A stretch of 63,806 nt of DNA, counting the filler, from Blastocystis sp. subtype 4 (lineage: Eukaryota): the NCBI RefSeq assembly GCF_000743755.1. It is 3 parts of 3 records of this genome, joined end to end, with 100 filler letters (N's around TTAATTAATTAA, not from the genome) between each part and the next. Parts side by side here need not be neighbours in the genome. Positions count along the whole stretch, not along the records: positions 1 to 29,524 come from NW_014569362.1; positions 29,625 to 51,202 come from NW_014569361.1; 1 more part is not named here. The stretch is one strand, 5' to 3'. Every line of letters starts with the position of its first letter. Positions within the stretch are counted from its first letter, which is position 1. The notes under the pieces were generated by a model. The model did no database searches and was not told the DNA's origin. It worked only from the letters and a program-made list of their open reading frames with translations. Below are positions 23,590 through 36,346 of the stretch, piece by piece. A program made the position numbers and the translations under genes.

Positions 23590-26500
23590 ATGAATAATAC
23601 AAATGCTCCAAACACATCATCAGATGCAGATATGGAAGAACCCTGTTTTGGAGAACTTTCAGCTTCAGAGGATGTGACGAAATCTCACATATATGCTGCT
23701 AGTAATGGTTTATTTGGTGGTTCTATTCCAGTTAAAGGAGGATTTAGTTCCTCCAATGGTAATCGGATTAATAATCCTCCTTCTGTATCAAAAGGAAGGC
23801 ACTCTGATAATGCAAATAAGGATAGTAATTTTTTGTCCCAAGAAGGTGAATCTGTCTCTCAACCTGTTGTTGATGTTTCGAATGAGAATGAAACTGTTGA
23901 TGTAAAGGATGAAGTTGGTGATGCTAAGGATAAATCGACTCAACCTCCTATTCCTGTAGTCAGAAATGGTAATGGTCTATTTGGAAGTACTAAGAATACT
24001 TCCACTCCTCAACCTTCTGCCCCTTCATTCAATGGTAAAGGTCTATTCAGCAAGAGAGATGATTCGATTACTCAGCCTCGTCTTCCTTCCTTCGGTAGTG
24101 GTGGTGGTCTATTCAGTAAGAAGGATGACTCTATTCCTCAGTCTACTCCTCCTTCATTTGTTGGTAAAGGTCTATTCAGCACGAAAGATGATTCAACTCC
24201 TCAACCTCCTACCCCTTCAATCAGTAATGGTGGTGGTTTATTCAGTAAGAAGGATGATTCAACTCCTCAGCCTCCTATTCCTTCATTCAGTAATGGTGGT
24301 GGTTTATTCAGTAAGAAGGATGATTCTACTCCTCAGTCTACTCCTCCTTCATTTGTTGGTAAGGGTCTATTCAGCACGAAAGATGATTCTACTCCTCAGC
24401 CTCCTATTCCTTCATTCAGTAATGATGGTGGTTTATTCAGTAAGAAGGATGATTCAACTCCTCAACCTCCTATTCCTTCATTCAGTAATGGTGGTGGTCT
24501 ATTCGGAAACAAGACGAATGACTCTACTGATTCTAAGAATGATTTAGCTGATCTCAAGGATACTAAGGATCAGTCTGCTGATAAGAATGATAATGGTGAA
24601 TCTACTAATGGTAGAGATGACTAATAACTCTACTCCTAAGCCTCCTGCCCCTTCATTTGGAAAAGGAGATAGTTTATTTGGCAAGGATGATTCTACTAAT
24701 GCTAAGGATGAATTCAACAATGCTAAGGATGTTAAGAATGAACCAACTCTGCAATCTTCTACTCCTTCAATCAGTAATAGTGGTTTGTTCGGAAGCAAGA
24801 AGGATGAAGTCACTGATTCTAAGAATGATTCGATTCCTCAACCTACTCCTTCAAGCGGTGACCTATTCGCCAAGAAGGATGAATCTACTGATTCTAAGAA
24901 TGATTCTACTCCTCAGCCTCCTATTCCTTCATTCAGTAGTGGTGGTGGTTTATTCAGCAAGAAAGATGATTCTATTCCTCAGTCTAATCCTTCATTTGTT
25001 GGTAAAGGTCTATTCAGCAAGAGAGATGATTCTACTCCTCAGCCTCCTATTCCTTCATTCAGTAATGGTGGTCTATTCGAAAACAAGACGAATGACTCTA
25101 CTGCTGATAAGAATGATTCAACTCCTCAACCTCCTACCCCTTCAATCAGTAATAGTGGTTTGTTCGGAAACAAGAAGGATGAAGTCACTGATTCAAAGAA
25201 TGATTCGATTCCTCAGTCTTCTATTCCTTCATCAGGCGGCGGTCTGTTCGCTAATTCTGCTTCAGCTAAAGGACGATTAGGTTTATCGGAGGATAACATA
25301 TTCAATACCCCTTTTTCTATTCCTAAAGGAGGACTCTTTGGAGACCTGAATACTTCCAGTACTTTATTACGTAAAGATGATTTGGCTCAACCTACTCCTT
25401 CATTCAGTAGCAGTGGTGGTGGTTTGTTCGGAAACAGGAAGGATGACTCTACCCCTCAACCTCCTGCCCCTTTATTTGTTGGTAAGGGTCTATTCAGCAA
25501 GAGAGATGATTTAACTCAACCTCCTGTTTCTTCTTTCGCTGGTGGTGGTTTATTTGGAAGCAAAAAGGATGATTCAACTAATAAGCCTCCTGCTCTTTCC
25601 TTCGGTAGTGGTGGTGGTCTATTCACCAAGAAGGATAACTATACTGATTCTAAGAATGACTCTACTTCTCAGCCTTCTATTCATTCAATCAGTAGCAGTG
25701 GTGGTTTATTCAGTAAGAAGGATGATTCTACTCCTCAGCCTCCTATTCCTTCATTTGTTGGTAAGGGTCTATTCAGCAAGAAAGATGACTCTACTGATTC
25801 TAAGAATGATTTAGCTGATCTCAAGGATACTAAGGATCAGTCTGCTGATAAGAATGATAATGATGAATCTACTAATGTTAAGGGCGATAAGAATGACTCT
25901 ACTGATTCTAAGAATGATTTAACTCCTCAGCCTCCTACCCCTTCAATCAGTAGCAGTGGTGGTCTATTCAGTAAGAAGGATGATTCTATTCCTCAGTCTA
26001 CTCCTCCTTCATTTGTTGGTAAGGGTCTATTCAGCAAGAAGGATGAATCTACTGATTCTAAGAATGATTTAGCTGATCTCAAGGATACTAAGGATCAGTC
26101 TGCTGATAAGAATGATAATGGTGAATCTACTAATGGTAGAGATGACGATAATAACTCTACTGATGATAAGAATGACTCTACTGATGCCAAGGATGCTAAA
26201 GATGAGTCAACTCCTAATCCTATTTCTGATTCCGTACCACTGATAATTGAAGAAGAAGTCGTAAGTGATCAGGAGATTGAAACAGATCCAATCATTGAAC
26301 TCGTATCAACACCATATGTGTCTATGGTAGAGCTAGTTCCTCTTCCTGTTGACCTCCTTCTTTCTACTGCTGATCTTCTGGTTGAGGAAGTTTGTTCTAG
26401 TATTCCTGTGCCTTTTTATCAAGATTCTCAGAGTCTGTATGATGAATTAGAGAACCAGCTTCTAGAGCCAATTTATAGGGCTGATCAGAACCTCGCAAGA

Positions 26501-28522
26501 ATCGCGGGACAAATTAGTTCTATGCGTCATAGTTTACTTGAGACACGTTGTAAGGTCAAGACGTTAAAGAAGATGAAATTGGATGAGCTTACAGAGGATT
26601 CATTGATATCTTCACTTCAATGGGGCAAACATACTCGAGAGATTCATGATCAGAAGAATCGATTAGATGAACTATTAAGACGTGTGAAGGATACACAACG
26701 TCTTATAGGAATCATGATGGATATGGTGAATGAGAATGGAATGAAGTGAGTATGAGGAATGAATCTGATGCATAGTCAGGACTTGTTTTGTCAATTTGTG
26801 ACTCACTTTGTCACTGCTGCTAAGTATGAGAATGAAGGAATGAGTTATAAGTAGAAAACAGAATGATGATTTGAAAAAACTGAAGAAACGAATTGAGGAG
26901 TTACGACAGCCACTGAATGATACAATAATTAAATCAAAACCAGATCATTCACTCTCTCAATCACTTCGTCAACATCTTCAATGTACTAATACTATTTCAT
27001 TGTCAGAAGTACTGACAGAACCTACGTGCATTGTATCGTTGCCTACAAGAGAATGGTCAGCTAGTTCTTTGACAGTAGCACCAAAATCACACCAAGAAAC
27101 TCTCAAGAAGCTAGAGAAGGCCCGATTAGAAGCATTCGATGTGTCTTTACAAGAGAATGAGTTGGATATAGAAGAAGAATCAGTAGTCCAAGAGTTGATT
27201 GAGTTATATAAGCAGTACTCTGGTAATGATAAGGAGAGACGAATGAAACATGAGGAAATGAAAGGAAGAAAATATACGTTTATGGAAGTTGAGAGTGAGG
27301 AGGATGATCTATCACAATCAAATCACTCATCACCAGCAGAAATGGAAGAAGATAACATTACTCCTCAACCTCCTGCTCCTTCATTTGGTGGTGGTTTATT
27401 CGGAAATAAGAAGGATGATTCAGCACCTCAGCCTCCTGCTCCTTCATTTGGCAGTGGTTTGTTTGGAAATAAGAAGAATGATTCAACTCCTCAGCCTCCT
27501 GCTCCTTCATTTGGCAGTGGTTTGTTCGGAAATAAGAAGAATGATTCAGCACCTCAGCCTCCTGCTCCTTCATTTGGCAGTGGTTTGTTCGGAAATAAGA
27601 AGAATGATTCAACTCCTCAACCTCCTGCTCCTTCATTTGGCAGTGGTGGTGGTCTATTTGGGAACAAGGATACTTCTACTCTTCAACCTCCTGCTCCTTC
27701 ATTTGGTGGTGGTCTATTCGGCAAGACATTTGGTGGTGGTCTATTCGGCAAGAAGAATGATTCAGCACCTCAACCTCCTGCTCCTTCATTTGGTGGTGGC
27801 TTATTCGGAAATAAGAAGAATGATTCAACTCCTCAGCCTCCTGCTCCTTCATTTGGCAGTGGTTTGTTCGGAAATAAGAAGAATGATTCAACTCCTCAAC
27901 CTCCTGCTCCTTCATTTGGTGGTGGCTTATTCGGAAATAAGAAGAATGATTCAACTCCTCAACCTCCTGCTCCTTCATTTGGCAGTGGTTTGTTCGGAAA
28001 TAAGAAGAATGATTCAACTCCTCAACCTCCTGCTCCTTCATTTGGCAGTGGTTTGTTCGGAAATAAGAAGGATGATTCAGCACCTCAACCTCCTACTCCT
28101 TCATTTGGCAGTGGTGGTGGTCTATTTGGGAACAAGGATACTTCTACTCTTCAACCTCCTGCTCCTTCATTTGGTGGTGGTCTATTCGGCAAGACGGCAA
28201 GAAGAATGATTCAGCACCTCAACCTCCTGCTCCTTCATTTGGCAGTGGTGGTCTATTTGGGAACAAGGATACTTCTACTCTTCAACCTCCTGCTCCTTCA
28301 TTCAGTAGTGGTGGTTTGTTCAGTAAGAAGAATGATTCAGCACCTCAACCTCCTGCTCCTTCATTTGGTGGTGGTTTGTTCGGAAATAAGAAGGATGACT
28401 CCAAAGATACCAAGAATGAGCCTGCTCCTCAGCCTCCTGCTCCTTCATTCAGTAGTGGTGGTTTGTTCGGTAGTAAGAAGGATGCTACTTCCACTTTCCA
28501 ATTCTCATTTGGAAAGAAATAA
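23590..28522 (+). CDS. FG-repeat nucleoporin-like protein (FG block, coiled coil, FG block) with two apparent frameshifts
   Basis: Dozens of PSFG/GGLF repeats flank a central coiled-coil region; the protein ends FQFSFGKK*. The frame breaks at ~24621 and ~28195. Confidence 0.75.
27361..28490 (+). repeat. ~66-bp coding tandem repeats (PQPPAPSFGSGLFGNKKNDS)
   Basis: Near-identical units cctcaacctcctgctccttcatttggcagtggtttgttcggaaataagaagaatgattca. Confidence 0.9.
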
Positions 28523-28544
28523 CATGTTTCTAACAAACACAATT

Positions 28545-29273
28545 CTAAATCAACATTTTACACACAGGACAGGTATGATTCACATGCAGCCAACGCTTGA
28601 TACAATAATAATGGAACCGATGCTTACCTAATCAATTATTCATTAACATTGAACCAAACATGGAAGCACAGTGGTTATCGAATTATCAAGATAGTCTTCA
28701 AGACAAATAGGGCACCATTCTACAGACGAAAATATGCTCTAAACCTTATAAACACAATCTGCTACCTACAATGACCAGCGACGATAAGGCTTCTTCAGAA
28801 GCAGGAATTTGTTTCTTTGATGACTCAAGAAGATGAATCATCCGACGATAGTATTCCTGAATATACTGCAAACGGCTACGTTGTTGTACAGCAACATTAG
28901 GAACAGAAAAAGAAGCGCTTTGATAAACATCAAACATAAAAGTGCTAAAGGATCTTGCTGAACTGCTCATTTGTTGAGATGAAGAACCCAGTTCTTCATC
29001 CTCAACTTCTACCAAATCCATATTTGCTGGTTCTGGACCTGTATGGGTAGATAACGGAGTGGAATTCTCATTCAAAGACTCATCAACTTCTTCACAGTCA
29101 TTTTCTTCTGCAACAACATTCAACTCATAATTTCGAGAGAATTCACGAATCGAAAATGATGGTTTCTGCATTTCCATACGTGGAGTGACTTCCACAGCAA
29201 AAGGATCCACTCGCAAGCTCTCAGGGATTGTCTCATGAATGAACCTTCCAAATATAGAAGATTCACCTTCCAT
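28545..29273 (-). CDS. RING-H2 E3 ubiquitin ligase-like protein
   Basis: The 3' exons give CPICLEDY...LPC.KHRFHYYCIKRWLHVNHTCPVCK. TAG at 28547-28545 is followed by TGTTTGTT. Confidence 0.8.
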
Positions 29274-29524
29274 ATTTATCTGGACAATGAAGTACGGAAA
29301 AAGGAGAACTGCAAAACCCCGTTCACATCGATCCCCCCTTCTTCACCTCATTCGTCACACTATTACCCCTTCTTATCATGAGAATACATTTCGTAGCAGC
29401 TTAGAGATATCGATAATCACTACTAAAAACAGTATCAGAATTCCCCAACAGATATGAATCCATCTATACAATATTTCAGAGAGTGATGAAGACAATCCTA
29501 GACTCATCATCATGATCTCAGAGT

Positions 29525-29624
29525 NNNNNNNNNNNNNNNNNNNNNNNNNNNNNNNNNNNNNNNNNNNNTTAATTAATTAANNNNNNNNNNNNNNNNNNNN
29601 NNNNNNNNNNNNNNNNNNNNNNNN
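29525..29624. other. Assembly gap with TTAATTAATTAA linker
   Basis: N-run with a six-frame stop linker at 29569-29580. Confidence 0.97.
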
Positions 29625-29927
29625 ATTACGATCTCTCAGTTTCTTTGAGATCTGATCATGAAGACCCAAACGAGCAGTTCCATAGACAGCTTGTCGCATA
29701 ATAGCAGCCGAGAGGCCAGCATACAACTTCGTAATACCTCCCTCACTGACAATCATACGAGCCATCTTGATAGATCCCATACGGGGTTGTCCAGCTGGGA
29801 CTACCTGCATTTGTACACGAGTCTTCAATAAATCAACGGGATGGACACACATTGTCGCTATGACAGCGGCACTTCCACCAGCAACATAAGGCTTGAGGGC
29901 CATGGCAACAGGATGATTGGAACTCAT
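29625..29927 (-). CDS. Mitochondrial carrier, 2-oxoglutarate/malate or di/tricarboxylate type (5' part, cut by gap)
   Basis: Carrier signature HPVDLLKTRVQ and GLSAAIMRQAVYGTARLG. Confidence 0.85.
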
Positions 29928-30666
29928 AGTGACTAAATAAAATAAAACCCAATAAAAGAAAAAAAAGAATGATCCTCACAAACAGGCGCCCCTCAGAATC
30001 CACTCCACAGAATAACTGTCAGGGGATCTACGTAAAAACCAGACGTACATTGATAAATAGCTAAGATGATTGGTTCTTCTGCTTCTAACCCAATAAAAAG
30101 GCTGCCATTTAAACCAGTCTATTGTTTCTAGAAGATTTACCTCATTCTTAGGTAATGCTCGAGATCCGAAGTGACAATCGCTTTAGCATATTAGTTATAG
30201 CATACAGGATACAATAGAATAGATGTGTTTCGATACGCAAATCTCTGCCGAAAATGCTCTATATCTAGAGTGTTTAATTCTATTAAGGCCTATTGCACGA
30301 ATTCGGCCTTTTGTTGTGAATAATGTCACAATATGTTGTTTTTTCAGTATATGTTTTGTAGTCATGTAATAGAACAGTTTTGTTTAGAGAGAATTGACAT
30401 CTCGCGGATTTCCAGTATCATTTGTGTTCCAAACTTACTATTTTTCTATTGCATTCTACTACACAATATACGAAAATAGAACTGTGACTAGAGCCTCGTG
30501 CTGTTTTCTGAATGAAACAGTACAAATCAAAAGGACCCTTTATTGCATGTTAAGCAGAGAAAAAATACAGGGAATAGGATACATATAATCGCATTAGCCC
30601 TAATTTAACACATGTCTCCAATGATCTGGATCATAAATCTCCTTAAGTTTTGTGAATTCAGAAGAA

Positions 30667-33584
30667 ATGTCTCAGAATACAGAAATTGAGAGTTTGCAGA
30701 GAGAGTTTGAAAGCGCTGCCGCCGAACTCAAGGAGGCAAAGGATCGTGATACAACAGGAAGTGGTATTTTGTGTTTATATTGGATGACCTGGAATAGATA
30801 CAACTAGTTCGGATGGAGAGCATACTGCTGAGTGGCTCAAGAAGAAGACAGACAGTCTTCGTGAGCAAATCCTTAGCAAGCTTCCAGAAGACAAGAGAGA
30901 GGCTTGGATAGCGCAAGGTGCAAGCGTGCTTCAAAAGTACGGTCTTGTTGAGGAGAGCAAGGAATTTACGAATTCCCTGCTGCAGCGCGGCGCCGAATTG
31001 CTGAAGGAGAATAAGGAGCTTCGTAGGATCTGCACCTTCGTCTGATTTGTAGGACAGACGGTGATGTCAATTACGGAGAATCCGGAGATGCAGGAGAAGA
31101 TGAAGGAAAAATTGGATGAACTGAAGGACAGCGAACTCTCGAAGAAGGGAAAGAGTGCTTATGAAACGGTAGTGAATGATGAGCAAACAAAGAAGGTTTA
31201 GATATGGGAAAACTATTATATATAGCTTGTAGAACAAGGAAAGAAGGTTATGGGCGATCTCCTCCAAACAGAGGAGGCAAAGGAGATGATGGACTTATCA
31301 AAGAGTCTTCTGTCAGAGTTTACTTCCTCTGAAATGGTGACATCTACTATTGACAAGGTGAAGACTACTTGGAATGAGAAGGGCGAGGAGTTGACAGAGA
31401 AGGGAAAGGAATTTGTGGAGAAGGGATTGGAGACGGCTAAGAAGGCTAGCGAAGAGAGCAAGAAGAAGGATAAGAAGAAGAAGAAACACCATCATGAGAA
31501 GGAGAATGCAATGGTCGAAAAGTCCTCCGAAATGATTGATAAGGTGGTGGAGAATCGTCAGAAGATTGCTGAGATGGGTATGCGTGTATTGGAGAAGGTA
31601 CAAGAAGATGATACTGGTAAGAAGATGATTGGCAAGGGTTTGGAAGTGATGCGCAAGATCAAGGAGGAAGGAGGTATTGAAGGTGCTTTGAAGAAGGGTC
31701 AAGCTATCATGTCAGATGAAAAGCAGCGTGATGAGATGATTGAAAAGGTGAAGGATACTATTCTTGATTTCCTTCTGAAGGTAAGATGTATGTAATTGTA
31801 ATGATGATAGTATCTGCCTTCAATTGAAGTGCCTGTAATCAAGGGTGAAGCCAAGGGTACCAAGTATCGTGTGAGTGGTATTGACCTGTCGGGTATTAAA
31901 CTGAAGCCTCAGGATGGTAGGATCGAGAAGTAATTTTAATTCTTAGTTCTTGTACGTTTCATTATGAATCGTGGTAAGCTTGATGGAGCAAAGATGCGTG
32001 TGGGTGTACGCAACCTCCGTATAAAGATGAAGAAGATTCATCTGAAGGTGGATAAGTCTACTTTCCCGAAGTATAAGGGCAAGGCTTCGATTGATTGTTC
32101 TACTGAAGATGTGAGAAATGATATGTTTCCTGAGATTGTAGGCTATGTTTGGAGTTGCTTTCAAGCTGCGTGTGGTAGATGAGAAGCCTCAATTGGAGAT
32201 TCAGCATCCTTATCTGAAGTTGCAGTCTTTGGATGTAACTGTGAAGCATAACAGTTATGCAAATATTCTGAATACACTATTGAAGTGGATGAATCCAATG
32301 ATCTGTCATCAACTCGAAAAGACTGTAACCTCGATGATCATTGAGAAGTCTGCTGCCTTGTTGACTCCTGTGAACAATCTCGCTATTCAGTATTGGCCTA
32401 TGTTGAATCAGATGGTGGATACAACGGCTATTGTGAAGGGAAAGGAGCGTGTAGATAAGGATGGCAAGGTGATCAACCGCGATCTGAGCAAGGAGCTGGC
32501 TGAGATTGAGGTAGAGTTTATGGATGGTCCTTTGGGTCTGGATCTGTATGAATCATATCCTACTGAGCCTGCTGTGTGCAAGGTAAAACGTTTCAATCAT
32601 GGTCCTCGTAATTCTCGTCTGCAAGCTGAGCGTAGTCATTTGATCAAGCCTCATGATTACATTATTGCTATCAATGGAGTGGATGTGACCACTATGGACT
32701 ATGATAAGATTATTGAGATGTTGGGCTCTGTGGTTCGTCCTTTCGATGTGATCTTCGGTCGTGAGATTATGTCAGATGCTGAGAAGAACTCAGATGACTA
32801 TGATAGCTCTGATAGTGATAGCGAGAGTGAAGAGAAGCCTAAGAAGAAGAGCAAGAAGGCGAAGAAGGAATCAAGCTCAAGCGATGAGTCGAGTTCGGAG
32901 AGCGAAGAGAAGCCTAAGAAGAAGAGTAAGAAGGCGAAGAAGGAATCAAGCTCTTCAAGTGAGAGCGAGAGTGAGGAGGAAAAGCCTAAGAAGAAGGCTG
33001 CTAAGAAGGAAGAGTCGAGTTCAAGTGAGTTTACAGAGTCTTCAGAGAGTGAGGAGGAGAAGCCTAAGAAGAAGGCTGCCAAGAAGGAATCTAGCTCTTC
33101 CAGCAGTAGTAGTTCGGAGAGTGAGGAAGAAAAGCCTAAGAAGAAGGCTGCCAAGAAGGAATCTAGCTCTTCCAGCAGCAGCTCTGAGAGCGAGGAGGAG
33201 AAGCCTAAGAAGACTCCTAAGAAGGAAGAATCAAGTTCTTCTAGCGATTTCACTGAGACTTCGGAAAGCGAGGATGAGAAACCTGCTAAGAAGCCTGCTA
33301 AGAAGGAATCTAGTTCTTCCAGCAGCAGTTCAGAAAGTGAGGATGAGAAACCTGCTAAGAAACCCGCTAAGAAGCCTGCTAAGAAGGAATCTAGCTCTTC
33401 CAGCAGCAGTAGTTCGGAGAGTGAGGAAGAGAAGCCCAAGAAGAAGGCTGCCAAGAAGGAATCTAGCTCTTCTAGCAGCAGTAGTTCGGAAAGTGAGGAG
33501 GAGAAACCCAAGAAGAAGCCTACTAAGAAGTCTTCAAAGAAATCGAAGAAGGAATCGAGCAGCTCCAGTTCGGAAAGCGATTAA
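30667..33584 (+). CDS. Helical + BPI/TULIP-like + PDZ protein with Ser/Glu/Lys-rich repeat tail
   Basis: TULIP-like YLPSIEVPVIKG...YRVSGIDLSGI; PDZ GPLGLDL...IKPHDYIIAINGVDV; tail of SSSSESEEEKPKKKAAKKE repeats. Confidence 0.65.
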
Positions 33585-33655
33585 TTTTTCGATCTGTTTT
33601 CGCGTTGAACTGTTTGTCCAAAATGCATTATAAACAAACACATAGTCTAAATACA

Positions 33656-34468
33656 TTATTCTGGTCTTCCATCCTGATAGAAAGGATTTGGAGGATAGAG
33701 ATTCTCATTTCGGAAACGAAGACGTAATTCAGACATGCCTGAATTCTGTCTGTAGCTAGGAAGAGGAAGACTAGGTCCAATATCGTTCATCTTTAGTTCG
33801 CGAATCGTGTACACATAGCGCTCAAAGTTATTATTACGAAGATACTTCATCAACTTCTCTACAGATCAACGATTCTGTACTGCCTTACTTCTCTTTCCCA
33901 CTAGAATATACATTCTTCTCTTCGCAGTATAATCCTTATGATGATACCATAAATGTTCTGTCAAACGACGAATGCGTTCTGTAAGAAGAGCAACTACAAG
34001 TGATTCTCAAAACATGGAATCACTTTGTACTTCTGAAGAACCTGTGTCAGAAGCCTTTCGCTGGAACTTAGCAACAATTTCCTGCTTCTTCAACTACACA
34101 TCATTCTGGACGACTTCCATATACTTTATTCAAGTCGCTTTGACCAAGTGTACTAATTCCAAATACGCGTTTCATGTCCTCCGGGAACTCATTGAGCATA
34201 TCTTCCGTCATATGATACAGATACGGTTCAGAATATTTAAAATCTTCAGCCTTCGGTCTTGGAGCATCCTTCACGGCCTTTGGATCTAAGAGTCAAAAAG
34301 AAGCCCAAAATCAACCATATGTTTTGCTAAACCATCGCATCGGATTTGTAAAAATACAGGATGTCATCCGAATCATATTCGAGGCCATTTGAGGTCTCAG
34401 AATGGATCCCTGCAACAACTAGAGAATTAGTATTCACACGTGAACCAAATTCCTACCTTACCCAACAT
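33656..34468 (-). CDS. MRPS15: Mitochondrial/MRO ribosomal protein uS15
   Basis: Spliced [23 protein letters not shown]...KD...KR...MKYLR, preceded by a basic presequence-like N-terminus. Confidence 0.85.
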
Positions 34469-34597
34469 CACCTCAAATACAATTCTTTCCGAGGCAAGAA
34501 TGAAGGAGAAAGAAATGAGTTGCGAGAATCAATATCTGCTAGAATTATCCTAAAACCGTGATTCTGTATCCATTTGGAAAAACGCAGATTTCATTCC

Positions 34598-36268
34598 ATG
34601 GGTCGTCGTTCCAGATCAAGAGATCGTTCTAGAAGACATCGGTCACGTAGTAGAGATCGTTCAAGAAGACATCGTTCAAGAGATAGGTAGGATCTCAATC
34701 TATGAAGTCTGAAATGAATTATGTTTGCTCTTTGAATTAGAATGCTAACAATATGGTAGGACGTCTTCTCCTTCGGAAGAACGAGCTCCTGGGAATACAT
34801 TAAAGCAAAGTGCGTGATTTCATATTTCTATGCTAACTTGTAGCATTGGATCGATTATTCCAGAATGCTAAGAAGGATCCTCATATGACGGGAATTGTAC
34901 CTGGAGACAAGTCAGGAGCATCTGTAGAACTCTATTTTCGATAGTGATTATGATGTAGGGAATTGGTGCGATGATGTTGTCGATTTCGGACTCTATGTTG
35001 ACAGGTTATTCAGGAATGACTTCATTGGCCATTTCAGGAGTTCCTCCCACAATTACACCTGATGAACTCTGTGTAAGTTCTGATTTTGTAGTAGACATCT
35101 AGAATTCGATAAATATTTTGATGATGAGTCTAAAACTGACTACGGGTCCTGGAAATCCATGTTCAGGAGTCGGTATGGAGGCGAATGGATCGACTGCTAT
35201 TGCTGAAATGCGTTCAACTGCTGAGGCTACAAATGGACTTGCATTGGATGGTTTGACCGTATTTGGTAGTGTTATGCGAGTGAATCGTCCCAAGGATTAC
35301 ACAGGTCCAGATACGGAACCTCCCAAACTGGATCCAAATCTTCTTCTTCAAATCTGTACAGGAAGTAATGCAGAGAAAGAGTACGATGAAGTGGTTCGTG
35401 TGGGTCGTCAATTGTTGGAAACATATCGTGAACCTGATGCTGAAACGGATGCGAATGTTCCTTCGGTCGTTATGACCTCAGAAGACCGTAAGTGAGTATC
35501 TTGAGTGTGATGTATAGTAAAACTTGGATATGACCTTAATAAGTGTGTATTGATGCATAACATCCCACCAGAGCTAGAGGAATCGGAAATCCGTTCTCTT
35601 TGTGATCCATTCGGTGGAGTACGAAAGATTTACATGCTTCGTGATAATGACGAACACTTCTTAGGAGATGCTGTAGTGGAGTAGGAAATGAACTGTTTTA
35701 TCATAAGCAGGTATCGTGAGCAGTTGAATTATGAGATTGCCATGGAAGGACTTCAAGATCTCCCTATTTACAACGGTACAGTGATCAAAGTGGAAGTCCC
35801 GGATAAGAAATGGCCTGGCTTCCCTCAGCGAGTGTCTGTTGTTTCAAGTATGATTTGAGACGAATTGCTGATTAGATCCTTCTCCTGTTCTGCGGATGAG
35901 TAATATTATATCACTAGAGGATTTGGAGGAAGATGAAGATTATCAGGCTTTGTTAGATGATCTTTCAGAAGGTTGCCGCAATTTCGGTACGGTCATTGCT
36001 CTAAAAGTTCCTCGTATTCATGTACGTTGTATCCAGTGTGAGTCATCCACAGAAAGGTGAGTCGGAAGTACCTGGTCTGGGATATGCTTTTGTCCAGTAT
36101 TCTTCGGTGTTGGAGGCTGCTGGAGCTGCAAAGAATCTCCGTCTGAAGACCTTTAATGGAAACCAAGTTCAGGTGGATTATTATCCTCTGTCCATGTTTA
36201 CGCGTGATGTACCTGTAAGGCATGAATTTGATTTGTAGGACTTCGGTGACGTTGGAGAATTAATATAA
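34598..36268 (+). CDS. U2AF2: Splicing factor U2AF large subunit
   Basis: RS domain, RRM1 (ALDG...MRVNRPKDY), RRM2 and a UHM (VPGLGYAFVQY...TFNGNQVQVDYY). Confidence 0.85.
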
Positions 36269-36346
36269 TGTACTTTGTGTTTGTTGAGAATTCACATTTC
36301 TGTTTTGCAAACAGATTTGTGATTGCTAAATCACTGCTACAGAGAA

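Noticed and set aside
23966..28209. Long hydrophobic alternative-frame ORFs (LLLLHLVVV repeats)
   Set aside because: These are shadow frames of the FG repeats.
29569..29580. TTAATTAATTAA palindrome (also at 51247-51258)
   Set aside because: It is an artificial linker centred in N-gaps. Genes truncated at the gaps imply the true gaps exceed 100 nt.
32761..33633. Arg-rich plus-strand ORF and antisense 237-aa ORF
   Set aside because: These are shadow frames of the low-complexity S/E/K tail.
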